Source of the DNA: Bdellovibrionota bacterium
GTDB lineage: Bacteria; Bdellovibrionota_C; UBA2361; JBGSMV01
Reading direction: 5' to 3'
DNA: 28,410 nucleotides
NCBI GenBank assembly: GCA_044356455.1
Contig: JBIKWF010000052.1
Coordinates: 1 to 28,410 of the forward strand
The position numbers and the translations under genes were made by a program. This document shows, piece by piece, positions 8,539 through 17,862 of this stretch (positions are counted from its first letter, which is position 1; each line of letters starts with the position of its first letter). The notes under the pieces were generated by a model, which saw only the letters and a list, made by a program, of their open reading frames with translations, had not been told where the DNA came from and searched no databases.

Positions 8539-10848
8539 ATGCTGCACCCTCATAGAACCCGTGGTACGGCCGTCGTTTTCGTCCTTATTATGGCGGTGGC
8601 CTTGATTGGTATTTTGGGACTAGCCATAGATACGGGCATTACGCTTTCATCGAGAGCCCAACTTGAAAGGTCGGCGCAACAAGCAGCTCTGGGAGCTATG
8701 TCAAGATTTCTCCTGGAATTAGACAAGTCCATTCCCGCTGGAACGCAGCCCTCGGTTTTCTACGCAACCGCGAAAACGAATGCGAGAAGTCAGGCAGAAA
8801 GGATACTACGACTCAATCCCTTTCTCGGAGACAGCTTTCGCCTTGGTGAGGTCCCATGGAGCCTGACTGAAGGTGCATCCGCAACGGGAGCTACGAGTGG
8901 CACGATAGAATTCGGTAAGTACTATGTTGAGGCCCCAACATCGAGCGATGTTTGTAATGGGAAATATCCCTGTTTTGTGCCCCGCTTCTCGGGAGCAACT
9001 ACTTCCGATCCTGACTCCGCAGTTCGTATTAAGGTAGGAACCGCAGGAAAGCCGTTAAGACCTGTCTTTGGACGTCTACTTGGATTTGGAAATAGTGCGT
9101 TTACCACTCAGGCAGTTTCTACAAAGGTAATTCAAAATCTAGCTTTCTTAGTCGACCTATCAGCATCTGTAGTGAGCCAGGGATACTTGCGCTTTGGAGT
9201 CAGAAATGATGAGGCGAATACGCCGAATAAGACTCCATGCGAATCAGCTCCGAATTGGTTCCTCTACCAACAGTGCCGCACTCCCGCTAGCGGCTCAAAC
9301 TACGCACTGCAACTAGCAATTGGCGCGGGGAATCCTGGGCAAAGTCCAAACACCTACTGTGACGATTCCTCGTGCCTTGAGATGGGCCCCGGCTCGTCCT
9401 ATTTGGATTTTAATAGTGCGGGCGATTTTTACGCAGCTATTTGGGATGAACAGTGCGACACGAGAGAGGAAGATGCGGGAATCCCCTGCCCTATCTTCTT
9501 GAGCGACACAACCCGCCATGCTCAAGAGGATTACTCTCTGGTATCAGTAAACTTCCTCGATAATGTTTCCTTAAATCGCACTCGTCAGCAGGAAGATGCG
9601 CAGGGCGCTACCTTCTCTCCGGTCATGCGTGCCGGGTCATTTAATTACTTTATTGACCGAGGAATCTCATGCACGACTGCCAATCGACTCTTCTGCGCTC
9701 GGCCTGAGCCACTTCTTTCAATCCTCAAGACTTCAGGTGAAGCCTTAAGCATCGTGAAAGATCGCGCGGTGCCTGGTGACCGAGTAATGTTTGCTGGTTT
9801 TGATGAATATATGTATCGAAGCCGCATTACCTGCGAAGACACTTTAGGCACAAGCCCGGCAACGAACTGTCAACGCAGTGCAAGTCAATCTAAATTAGTC
9901 CGAGTTCAATCTCCGGATTTTCTAAACTTCGAAGCAGCGATTGGACCATCTGCATTTGACTCTGTCACGGGCGTCCCCATTAACAGTGGATCAAACCCAC
10001 CTGCCTTTATTAGCAAAGGACTCTTCCCGCGTTATTTAAATACTGATGGCAATTTCGCGCTCTGGGATACGTTTCAAGAAATGAATAGCGTTTCAACGAG
10101 CCGATTGGCACGCAATCTAATCTTTCTATTCACCGACGGACTCTTCAATTGCAGGGTCACTGGCCCTTCGATTCCGTCACTTGATGACGCCGGCTACTTC
10201 AACCAAAGAATATGCAGAGGCTCGGAGTCGGGCTCCGTAACCGAATCGCTTGCGCAGCTATCTTCAATGATTGGCCCTAATGGAAAATCTCTGGAACAAA
10301 ATCTCATTGATTCAAAAATTTCACTGAGCGTATTTATGTTTGGCCCGGGAGCACATCGCGTGGTCCGCAAAAGTGGCATTGCGGGCGGAGGTTGCATGAC
10401 TCTTGAAGAGTCTGTTTTTAGTGAGGAACTCGATGATGGATATGTAAACCCAACAACTGCTACTCCTTCGGCAACTGACAATCCATATTTAGACTTGATT
10501 TCAGGGATTTCCAACCCTGGCTACTACGAACAAAATCGGCTTTACTCGCTCGTCAAAAAGACTCGCGGGAAGTGGATCCCCATTTTACCCCGAATTACCT
10601 ACACAGACACTTCTACGGGACTAGAAACTCCTTTTATGTTTGCTGGAGAACTTGAAGCGGAGTGCGCCGAGGCCGCCTCCCCGACTGTGATTGCAAACTT
10701 TGAGGTTACTCCACCTGGGGGACAACCAATTATGGTAACTGACGCCTCTGGTCGCCTGCTTTTTGACCCCGCCGGAAGAAAAGCTGAAGACCAAATAAGC
10801 GGCGCCCTGGACTCCGTTCTCGAAGCAGGGTTCGTCCTGGCGGAATAG
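8539..10848 (+). CDS. tadG: TadG-like pilus protein with a vWA domain, Cys-rich
   Basis: RG|TAVVFVLIMAVALIGILGLAIDTG...LERSAQQAALGA is the Tad N-terminal motif. vWA MIDAS elements FLVDLSAS (DxSxS) and LFTDG. ATG 8539 is preferred over the track's TTG 8503. Confidence 0.8.
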   Translation: MLHPHRTRGTAVVFVLIMAVALIGILGLAIDTGITLSSRAQLERSAQQAALGAMSRFLLELDKSIPAGTQPSVFYATAKTNARSQAERILRLNPFLGDSFRLGEVPWSLTEGASATGATSGTIEFGKYYVEAPTSSDVCNGKYPCFVPRFSGATTSDPDSAVRIKVGTAGKPLRPVFGRLLGFGNSAFTTQAVSTKVIQNLAFLVDLSASVVSQGYLRFGVRNDEANTPNKTPCESAPNWFLYQQCRTPASGSNYALQLAIGAGNPGQSPNTYCDDSSCLEMGPGSSYLDFNSAGDFYAAIWDEQCDTREEDAGIPCPIFLSDTTRHAQEDYSLVSVNFLDNVSLNRTRQQEDAQGATFSPVMRAGSFNYFIDRGISCTTANRLFCARPEPLLSILKTSGEALSIVKDRAVPGDRVMFAGFDEYMYRSRITCEDTLGTSPATNCQRSASQSKLVRVQSPDFLNFEAAIGPSAFDSVTGVPINSGSNPPAFISKGLFPRYLNTDGNFALWDTFQEMNSVSTSRLARNLIFLFTDGLFNCRVTGPSIPSLDDAGYFNQRICRGSESGSVTESLAQLSSMIGPNGKSLEQNLIDSKISLSVFMFGPGAHRVVRKSGIAGGGCMTLEESVFSEELDDGYVNPTTATPSATDNPYLDLISGISNPGYYEQNRLYSLVKKTRGKWIPILPRITYTDTSTGLETPFMFAGELEAECAEAASPTVIANFEVTPPGGQPIMVTDASGRLLFDPAGRKAEDQISGALDSVLEAGFVLAE

Positions 10849-10968
10849 CGCAGCGAGCTCTCGGTAGTTCTCGTAGCAAAGGACTTCACCAGAAATAATG
10901 CTGGCATAGAAAGTGCTCCCTATCTCTTAAGACATTCAATTCAACTGCGAATGTCGAGGAGGGGTGTA

Positions 10969-13900
10969 GTGCAGTTCGAGAATACCTGGCGATATAAAGT
11001 AGTTACGCTTGGGGACCGCAATGGTAACCAAGATACTAATTGCGGAACTGGTGTGTACGCCTCTTCCCTCCCGTCCGTCTACCACGGTCTCTACACATGG
11101 GCCTCATCCGGACTCGCTCGCAAAGTCGCCGGAACCATGACTCTTCTACTAGTTATTTTTCTTACTCTTGCAGCCTCCGCGCATGCGCAGGCTCGTCCCC
11201 GCGGATCGCTGGTGGATGCAATTGCAGTTGAAGGAGATGAAAGACTTGCATGCTCTTTTTATTTAAATCGCGGGAAGATTGAAACATTCCTCTCCCGTAC
11301 CGACTCTAAACGGTATCTTGGAGCTCCCTATTGGACGCTGCGCTCGACGCGCCAGCGGCTCAAGGAGCTCGCTGAGGAAATCGCTGCGCTTCCCGGATCG
11401 AAAGATAAGAATGCTTCAAAAAAGCTCAAGAAAGCAAAGCGAGAGAAGAAGTCACTCGCCCAGGCAAAAAAGTTCCTTGAAGCTTGCTCACGGGAAGACC
11501 CCGAAGGTGACGATACTCCCAAGATCACGTTCAATCATGTGAAAACTCTTCTTCAAGACAAGTGCGTTAACTGCCACGGCCCTCTGGGCTGGTCTAATGA
11601 GGAGGACTTCTATGTCGATTCCGGCCGAGTAACTCCTGGCAATCTTGAAGCTTCCCCCCTCTACACCTTTCTCACGAATAACCCTGAAGGTTTTCTTCCC
11701 GCCTATATGCCCAAGGGCACGGCGCCCCTTTCTAAATTCAATATTATCCTCCTTAGTCGCTGGATTCGCGACCTTGGTCGGGCTGCGCCGCCCACACCGC
11801 CCGCAGGAGCAACTCCCACACCTGGTGGAGAAGAAGGAGAGGGCCGAGTGCTGTATCAGCAAGCCTGCGCATCCTGTCACAGTGGCATAGACGTCTCCTC
11901 AAAATGGGGAAGAAGCGCCGCGCAGATTCGCGCCGCAATATCAGCCGGGGGACCTCCTCAAATGCGCCACATTCGCCTGACGGATGAGCAACTTCGTAAA
12001 ATCGCGCTCGCCCTGAGCCGAGTCCAACCTCCTCTCGAAGGGACTGTTTCAGTAACCTCACTTGGTGCCGAACCTGAAGGTGCGTTCGGTGAGATCAAGA
12101 AGCTGCGATTCGCTATTACTCTCAATGGAACTGCGTCACAGCCGTTCACCGTAGGGTTCGTCACCTCAAACGGAACGGCTCTCGCTGACAGTGACTATGA
12201 CTTCAATTCTGGCACCGTAGCCTTCAACGGAACAAACGGAGAAAGCGTCGTTGTTGAGGTAGATGTACTCGGGGACACCTTCGAGGAATCAAACGAAAGT
12301 GTCTATCTCGATATCGGGGGAGTTTCCTACGGTGGAATTCGGCTTGGAGTCTCAAGCGCCGAAGGAATTATTCTTAACGATGACACCTTTGTGGAAGTCC
12401 TCCCTCCCGGCGCTGATAAGCTCAGAATGGCCCTAGGCTTCAATGGAGATTTCCGTGACGCCGTAAGCCTGCTCGACGCAGCTCCTCAGGGAGACGCAGC
12501 ACTCACGCCGAACGCCCGCGTAGGGTCAGGGGCTCTCGAACTTGACGCGGGGGCTGATTACCTTACCGTCCCGGGACAGAACCTTTCGAATCTCACCGAC
12601 TTTACCCTGGCTACGTGGGTCTTCTGGGACAATCCCACTGCAATCTCTACCAGACTATTCGACTTCGGAAGCTCCACCAGCAATTACATCTATTTCTCAC
12701 CTCGTAACGGTGCAAATAGATGTCAGTTAGAGTTGCGCACCCCGGCTGGAATTTTTATTCTCCAGTGCATTACTAATACCGTTCTTCCATCAAATGCGTG
12801 GGCGCATCTTGCCGTCACCGTTAACACGACCACTGACCAAATGAAGGTTTTCTTCAATGGGACTGAGGTCGCGTCGAGCTCTGGAGTAACCGCGGTCCTT
12901 TCTGCGCTTTCCCTCACAGACAATCGCGTCGGCAAGAGCCGCGTTGCAGGCCCGGACTTCTCAGGTCGTATTGACGAGTTGCTTGTCCTTGATAAGGCAC
13001 TCTCCTCTCAGGAAATTGCTGCCGTGATTGCGATGACAGAATCCACTCACATCTCTTCATCGATTGAGCTACGCAGCGGTAATGAAATTATTCCCAACGG
13101 CGGTCTGATTGATTTTGGAGACATAGAGATAGGAGAAGAAAGCAATCGTTCTATATTCGTCACTAACCGAGGCACTGCGAATCTGGCCCTTCAAGGAGCA
13201 CCTGTGGTGCGAATTGCGGGGGAACATGAGAGCGAGTTCACGGTAGAGCACCAAGTCTGGCCTTGGCAGGAACTATTGAGCAATGGTGCCTTTGCCGTCT
13301 TCTCTCTCAAATATGAACCGACGGCACCGGGGAGCAAGCAAGCAACTTTGATTGTTGAGAATTCTGACCTTAGAAATGGTAATTACGCGAGTGCCCTGCT
13401 GGCCCGCGGAACGGGTGAGCCACTCTCCGAGCCCACTGACCCCTCTGAGGACGACTCAGAACTCGCACAAGGTCAGTTCCTCTACGCAGTCAACTGCTCG
13501 AGCTGCCATGGGACGCTCGCGAACTCCCGTAAGCGTGATACCACGACACAAGCACTTCAAGCCGCCCTAAACCCGGCGACAGGCGTAACACAGATGCGCG
13601 GGCTTGGTCTCACACCAGAGCAGATCTCCCTGGTAGTGCTCGCACTCAACTCGCCCCCTCCAGACGATGGAGAGACAATTACTGTTGAGAATTCTATTGT
13701 AAACATTGGAACCGCAACTTACGTGGCGAGCGTGTTTAGTGAGGTCTTCCTTCCCAATGACCCCACGAGTTATACTGGCGAGGACAACCTCATCAAATCG
13801 AAAATTACTGAGAATATACTCGGCCTTCGTTCTAACAATACTTTCATTCCCGGAAGAATTCGAAATTTTGGCGGTCGCTGCGATAGGTTCGAAGACCTCT

Positions 13901-14229
13901 GTCAGGCAGAGGCGCAAGCCGCGCCGCAGAGACCTGCACCAAGCACTATCAGAACTGGGATAATTATTCGCACTTGCGACGACATTCTTTCAGTTAACCG
14001 CGCGGTCGACACTATTACCTCGAAGATTGGAAAGACTTCGACATCAGCACTTGATGCCCAAGGCACCAAGGACCTCTATAATCTCTTCTTTCCAGGACGC
14101 GAGCTACCGCAGTATCTTGCTGATGTGATCTCAAACTATTCACGCGGACTAAGCGGTCTTACGCCCCAAGACCATTGGCGCTTTCAGGCGCACTTGTTCT
14201 GCGCTTCGGGTGATTGGGAGGCTCTCTAA
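10969..14229 (+). CDS. Large exported multidomain protein: three c-type hemes, Calx-beta, LamG/ConA-like, Ig-like domain and an uncharacterised C-terminal domain
   Basis: GAGGAGG at 10956-10962 precedes in-frame GTG 10969 (track start 10951). Signal-like LLLVIFLTLAASAHA|Q. CxxCH at 11563 (CVNCH, Planctomycete-cytochrome-like ITF..V..LL..KC..CHG..V.PG.LE.S.LY..MP), 11866 (CASCH) and 13495 (CSSCH). Calx-beta (TSNGTALADSDY..GTVAF..VLGDTFEESNE..IILNDD). LamG (FTLATWV..RLFDFG..WAHLAVT..FSGRIDEL). Ig-like (IDFGD..F.VTNRGTANL). Confidence 0.85.
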   Translation: MQFENTWRYKVVTLGDRNGNQDTNCGTGVYASSLPSVYHGLYTWASSGLARKVAGTMTLLLVIFLTLAASAHAQARPRGSLVDAIAVEGDERLACSFYLNRGKIETFLSRTDSKRYLGAPYWTLRSTRQRLKELAEEIAALPGSKDKNASKKLKKAKREKKSLAQAKKFLEACSREDPEGDDTPKITFNHVKTLLQDKCVNCHGPLGWSNEEDFYVDSGRVTPGNLEASPLYTFLTNNPEGFLPAYMPKGTAPLSKFNIILLSRWIRDLGRAAPPTPPAGATPTPGGEEGEGRVLYQQACASCHSGIDVSSKWGRSAAQIRAAISAGGPPQMRHIRLTDEQLRKIALALSRVQPPLEGTVSVTSLGAEPEGAFGEIKKLRFAITLNGTASQPFTVGFVTSNGTALADSDYDFNSGTVAFNGTNGESVVVEVDVLGDTFEESNESVYLDIGGVSYGGIRLGVSSAEGIILNDDTFVEVLPPGADKLRMALGFNGDFRDAVSLLDAAPQGDAALTPNARVGSGALELDAGADYLTVPGQNLSNLTDFTLATWVFWDNPTAISTRLFDFGSSTSNYIYFSPRNGANRCQLELRTPAGIFILQCITNTVLPSNAWAHLAVTVNTTTDQMKVFFNGTEVASSSGVTAVLSALSLTDNRVGKSRVAGPDFSGRIDELLVLDKALSSQEIAAVIAMTESTHISSSIELRSGNEIIPNGGLIDFGDIEIGEESNRSIFVTNRGTANLALQGAPVVRIAGEHESEFTVEHQVWPWQELLSNGAFAVFSLKYEPTAPGSKQATLIVENSDLRNGNYASALLARGTGEPLSEPTDPSEDDSELAQGQFLYAVNCSSCHGTLANSRKRDTTTQALQAALNPATGVTQMRGLGLTPEQISLVVLALNSPPPDDGETITVENSIVNIGTATYVASVFSEVFLPNDPTSYTGEDNLIKSKITENILGLRSNNTFIPGRIRNFGGRCDRFEDLCQAEAQAAPQRPAPSTIRTGIIIRTCDDILSVNRAVDTITSKIGKTSTSALDAQGTKDLYNLFFPGRELPQYLADVISNYSRGLSGLTPQDHWRFQAHLFCASGDWEAL

Positions 14230-16110
14230 ATGGTACGCAGAAGTCTTTTCTCTGGTCTTTTCTCGCTCGTGGTCGCGGCCGTGAGCTCTTCGTCCGCACT
14301 AGGCCAATCGCGCCTTAGTGAGGTAGTCCTCTTTCAACGCTGCTATGCTCATCTTACGCAGAGCCGGGTACCGCGCAGCAGCCCTTTGCTTGCACAAGTC
14401 CGAGCAGGGACAAAAACGGCAGTACAAGCCTGTAGCGAAGTACTTGCACGTGCACGTTTTACCGCAGACAGCGGGACGCGCATTGCCGATACAAATGATC
14501 TCGTCGCCAAGTCTGTCCTGCGCTCTATGCATCAATTGCACCGCTCCTGGGCCCGGGATCAGGGCCTTTTTGCGGTGGCGGATAACGAAACCTTGCTCGG
14601 ATCCGAAACTTGGTTTGATGATAGTCCTATAGGAGATTACGTCACCCGCGCACTTTTTGCTCCCAGCCAAAACGTAGATTCAGTTCTTTCAGGATCTGAA
14701 TATCTGCAGCCCGTTCGTACTACGATGTCACCTACTCCATCCTATCGCGGCGTGCCAAGCGCAGCTGTCAACGGAGAGAAAGAATTTCGACTTGGCGCTC
14801 AGCATCCCTTTGCCCCGCGTGGTGAAATTCTTGGTGTAAGATCAGTTTCGGTCCCTCCTTTGAACTGGGCACGCTTTGGGGATTTGACTTCGATTCCTGA
14901 CTTTCCCAATTTCCCCGTATCGCCAACTGCTACCGTTCCCCTCACTGAGGTAAATTTCCCCGATCTTACCTCCGTACGCGGCCCACTGTCTGAACTTACT
15001 CAATTTGCGATTTGGATCCAGGGACAGATCACTATTCCCCAGACCGGCCCCTACACCCTCTATCTGGACGTTAATGACCAGGGGATGCTCTATATCGACG
15101 GAGTTCAGGTGCTGAATTTTTCCGCGAATGGAAATACAACTGAAGGCTCGACGCTTCGCTCCCTAACTGCCGGCGCTCATGCAATTCAGATCCGCTATCG
15201 TCAACGATCGGGGCCCGCAAAGTTGGTTTTCAGATGGGATAGCACGTCAATCCCGAAACAAGTCGTACCTCCAAGCGTACTTTCTGGCCTCGAAGCTCGC
15301 TACTTTACTAATGGGGTTCCACAGGTCGTACGGTTTACCGCAAACGAAGGCGGCGGATTCATCGGAAACCATAACTACCTCCTCACGACCTATCGAGACG
15401 CCGCGGCAAATTTCATTCCCGATGGACGACTCTTGACCAATCGGTCGTGGGCCCGCTCTGTCCTTAAAGACGCTCTTTGCCGAGATGTACCAGTGGTACG
15501 AGACGAAGACGTTACTCAGTTTGTAAACACCAATAGCCCGCTGGCTTTTCGCCAGAATCCAGCCTGTACGTCTTGTCACGCCTCTTTAGATAGGCAAGCG
15601 GGGCTCATTCGCGGGCTTCGCTACAACATTTTCGGTTCGGTCCTACAGGATTCTCCTGTCCCTGACTGGCATGGCATCCTGGGCCTACGGATCGAGGCAC
15701 CAACTGCAGCACTAAGGACAGATTGGTCAGACCAAGCAGATGCGAGCTATGCGCTACGTCCGGCTTTTGGACATTTCTATTTCCGCAACTACAAGGGAGA
15801 GCTCGTTGATAGAGAAGTACAAACGATGGAAGAGCTCGCCAACGCGATACGAAGTCAAGATGACTACTATGCCTGCTTTGCAAAACGATACTATTACTAT
15901 TTTCTTGGAATCGATGTTGACCTTGGAGATCCGGGACACCCCATGTACCGGGTTCCCAGCGCCCCCGACGCACATCATCGCGCAAAAGTTATTGAGCTTG
16001 GTGAGCGTTTAAAAGCGCATAAGAGTCTTGAGCAGCTTATAGTTGAGATACTTGGGTCAGAAGAGTATCGCAGGAGCGATTACGGAATTTCGATGACTGG
16101 CCCATCATAA
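14230..16110 (+). CDS. Exported monoheme protein (DUF1585/DUF1588-like scaffold) with an inserted PA14 domain
   Basis: ATG directly follows the upstream TAA; signal peptide. PA14 core FAIWIQGQITIPQTGPYTLYL..ND.GMLYIDG..LTAGAHAIQIRY. CTSCHASLD at 15565. C-terminal ELANAI...YYACFAKRYYYYFLG...LEQLIVEILGSEEY resembles DUF1585. Family assignment is by pattern only. Confidence 0.72.
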   Translation: MVRRSLFSGLFSLVVAAVSSSSALGQSRLSEVVLFQRCYAHLTQSRVPRSSPLLAQVRAGTKTAVQACSEVLARARFTADSGTRIADTNDLVAKSVLRSMHQLHRSWARDQGLFAVADNETLLGSETWFDDSPIGDYVTRALFAPSQNVDSVLSGSEYLQPVRTTMSPTPSYRGVPSAAVNGEKEFRLGAQHPFAPRGEILGVRSVSVPPLNWARFGDLTSIPDFPNFPVSPTATVPLTEVNFPDLTSVRGPLSELTQFAIWIQGQITIPQTGPYTLYLDVNDQGMLYIDGVQVLNFSANGNTTEGSTLRSLTAGAHAIQIRYRQRSGPAKLVFRWDSTSIPKQVVPPSVLSGLEARYFTNGVPQVVRFTANEGGGFIGNHNYLLTTYRDAAANFIPDGRLLTNRSWARSVLKDALCRDVPVVRDEDVTQFVNTNSPLAFRQNPACTSCHASLDRQAGLIRGLRYNIFGSVLQDSPVPDWHGILGLRIEAPTAALRTDWSDQADASYALRPAFGHFYFRNYKGELVDREVQTMEELANAIRSQDDYYACFAKRYYYYFLGIDVDLGDPGHPMYRVPSAPDAHHRAKVIELGERLKAHKSLEQLIVEILGSEEYRRSDYGISMTGPS

Positions 16111-16130
16111 CAGATTCTTAGAAGAGGAAT

Positions 16131-17771
16131 ATGAGCAAGCGTTCGTCTTTAAGCCGTAGAAAATTTATCAGCTTCGGGAGCTCTGCCTCGTTTATTGGTC
16201 TTTGCCAATCTCCAGCAGTAGCGCTTTTTACCACCATCCTCGGCGGTCAGAGCCAAAAAGCCTGGGCTCAAAGTCTTGGGATTCGGCCTCGCGCACTCGT
16301 CCAGATCCTTGAAGGCGGCTCTCCTCTAAGAACTCCCTCCGATTCTTTTCTTACTCCCTACTCGACCGAAGGCTTCGATAGAAACCCAATGGTTGCAACT
16401 CGCTTTCAGAATATTGGCGGGCGAAACGCAGTCCCTGAGTACCATACGGTATCGATGCATGGGGTAAACGTCCCCACCATGTGGAGCTACAATCTTCCTG
16501 GCCCGAGCGGCACTCAGAGGCCTATGGGCTCTTTACTGCAAAATCTCATAAGTATTCAGGGCGTCACGACCAGAAACGCAGGTCACGGGAGCTCTCAAGA
16601 GTGGCACTTCCTCGCTCCAGGAGCCATCAAGAGCACGTCGGCTCTTCCTGCAGACGTGTCAGAAGATCCCTTTGCTGGTATCAATATCAACGCCTCAGGA
16701 TACTCGTTTCGATCAACCCGGAGTAAAACAGCAGTCAGCCTAGGAACAGGTGGCAATATGCTCACCACCCTCCTTGACCCGTTCAGGCCTCTGGGCACAA
16801 CACAGTTCCAAGCGAATAAGCAGGCTCTGAGGGAAGCATACAATAGCATTCTTCCCTCCCTCGATCGAATGGCGCGGGAAGGCCATCCGGGCGCTGAAGC
16901 CCTCGTTCAAAACCGAGACTCAGCACTTGAGCTTGCAGCATATAACTTTGCTGCGCTCGGCACCCAGTGGACCGACCTGCTCAATAAATATCGTGATATC
17001 ATTGCGCGAGCGATCTTTGACCCAAGCAACCCTCTTCCTGGGCTCACCGATGCGCCGATTGGCGAGGAGAGCATTCCGTCAAGAAATGCTGCCCTTTATC
17101 GCATTGTTGATACCAGTACTCTCAACCTTCATCAGGCATCTGACTTCCGCACCTGCGTTGACTCACGCACTACCATTGGCGGACTTGCTGAGAGTTTTGC
17201 CTTCACCGAGTATGTGCTTCTCAATCACCTTTCAAGCTCAATCGCTTTCGGAGTAGGAGGATTTGGACCTCTCATTCGCCCCGACGGTTCACTTTCTACA
17301 GAATCATTGGGGAACGATCAGCACACCTGCGGCGTGTATCCCGCTACCTTTTTTAATATCTTGAGACACCGGGCGGTATATGCCGGAATGCTTGAACTCA
17401 TAGAGCAATTAAAAGCGGCGAATCTCTTTACTGAAACGATCATTAGTCTCTCAGGAGAGTTCAACCGAAATCCGCGCGCCGACATGACCGGATCGGATCA
17501 CGGATTTACTGGAAAGGTGCTCAACCTCTACAGCGGTGCGTTCCCTGGCCCTCTCATGATTGGAAATTTGATGAATGATGGAAGAATGGGATGGGGATCT
17601 GGCGCCCTGATGCCTCAACTTGGGGGACGGCAGCTCAATCTCGTCGACACGGCGGTAACTCTTTGCCATCTCGTAGGGGTCCCGCCTGTATTTACCTCAA
17701 CGAATACCCTGGTAACCCTTGGAACGAATGGGCTTGTTTCCAACATTGGTACGACTCGCCACATTGTTTAG
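16131..17771 (+). CDS. Tat-exported DUF1501-like protein
   Basis: RBS GAGG; twin-arginine SRRKFI; LEGG near the N-terminus; DQH; ETIISLSGEFNRNP...DHG matches the DUF1501/DUF1552 xEFxRxP..DH motif. Confidence 0.78.
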   Translation: MSKRSSLSRRKFISFGSSASFIGLCQSPAVALFTTILGGQSQKAWAQSLGIRPRALVQILEGGSPLRTPSDSFLTPYSTEGFDRNPMVATRFQNIGGRNAVPEYHTVSMHGVNVPTMWSYNLPGPSGTQRPMGSLLQNLISIQGVTTRNAGHGSSQEWHFLAPGAIKSTSALPADVSEDPFAGININASGYSFRSTRSKTAVSLGTGGNMLTTLLDPFRPLGTTQFQANKQALREAYNSILPSLDRMAREGHPGAEALVQNRDSALELAAYNFAALGTQWTDLLNKYRDIIARAIFDPSNPLPGLTDAPIGEESIPSRNAALYRIVDTSTLNLHQASDFRTCVDSRTTIGGLAESFAFTEYVLLNHLSSSIAFGVGGFGPLIRPDGSLSTESLGNDQHTCGVYPATFFNILRHRAVYAGMLELIEQLKAANLFTETIISLSGEFNRNPRADMTGSDHGFTGKVLNLYSGAFPGPLMIGNLMNDGRMGWGSGALMPQLGGRQLNLVDTAVTLCHLVGVPPVFTSTNTLVTLGTNGLVSNIGTTRHIV

Positions 17772-17815
17772 GTTTCTACGGGACACACTCCTAGCCAAGA
17801 ATACTTCTTTAATGC

Positions 17816-17861
17816 TTGATTCTGCCTTATTCTAGTATAGAATATTACTAGAATAAGGCAG
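17816..17861 (+). promoter_or_regulatory. Putative sigma70 promoter of imuA overlapped by a perfect 16-bp inverted repeat (candidate repressor operator)
   Basis: TTGATT (17816-17821), 16-bp spacer, TAGAAT (17838-17843). Arms CTGCCTTATTCTAGTA (17822-17837) and TACTAGAATAAGGCAG (17846-17861). ATG at 17863. Confidence 0.65.
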
Positions 17862-17862
17862 C

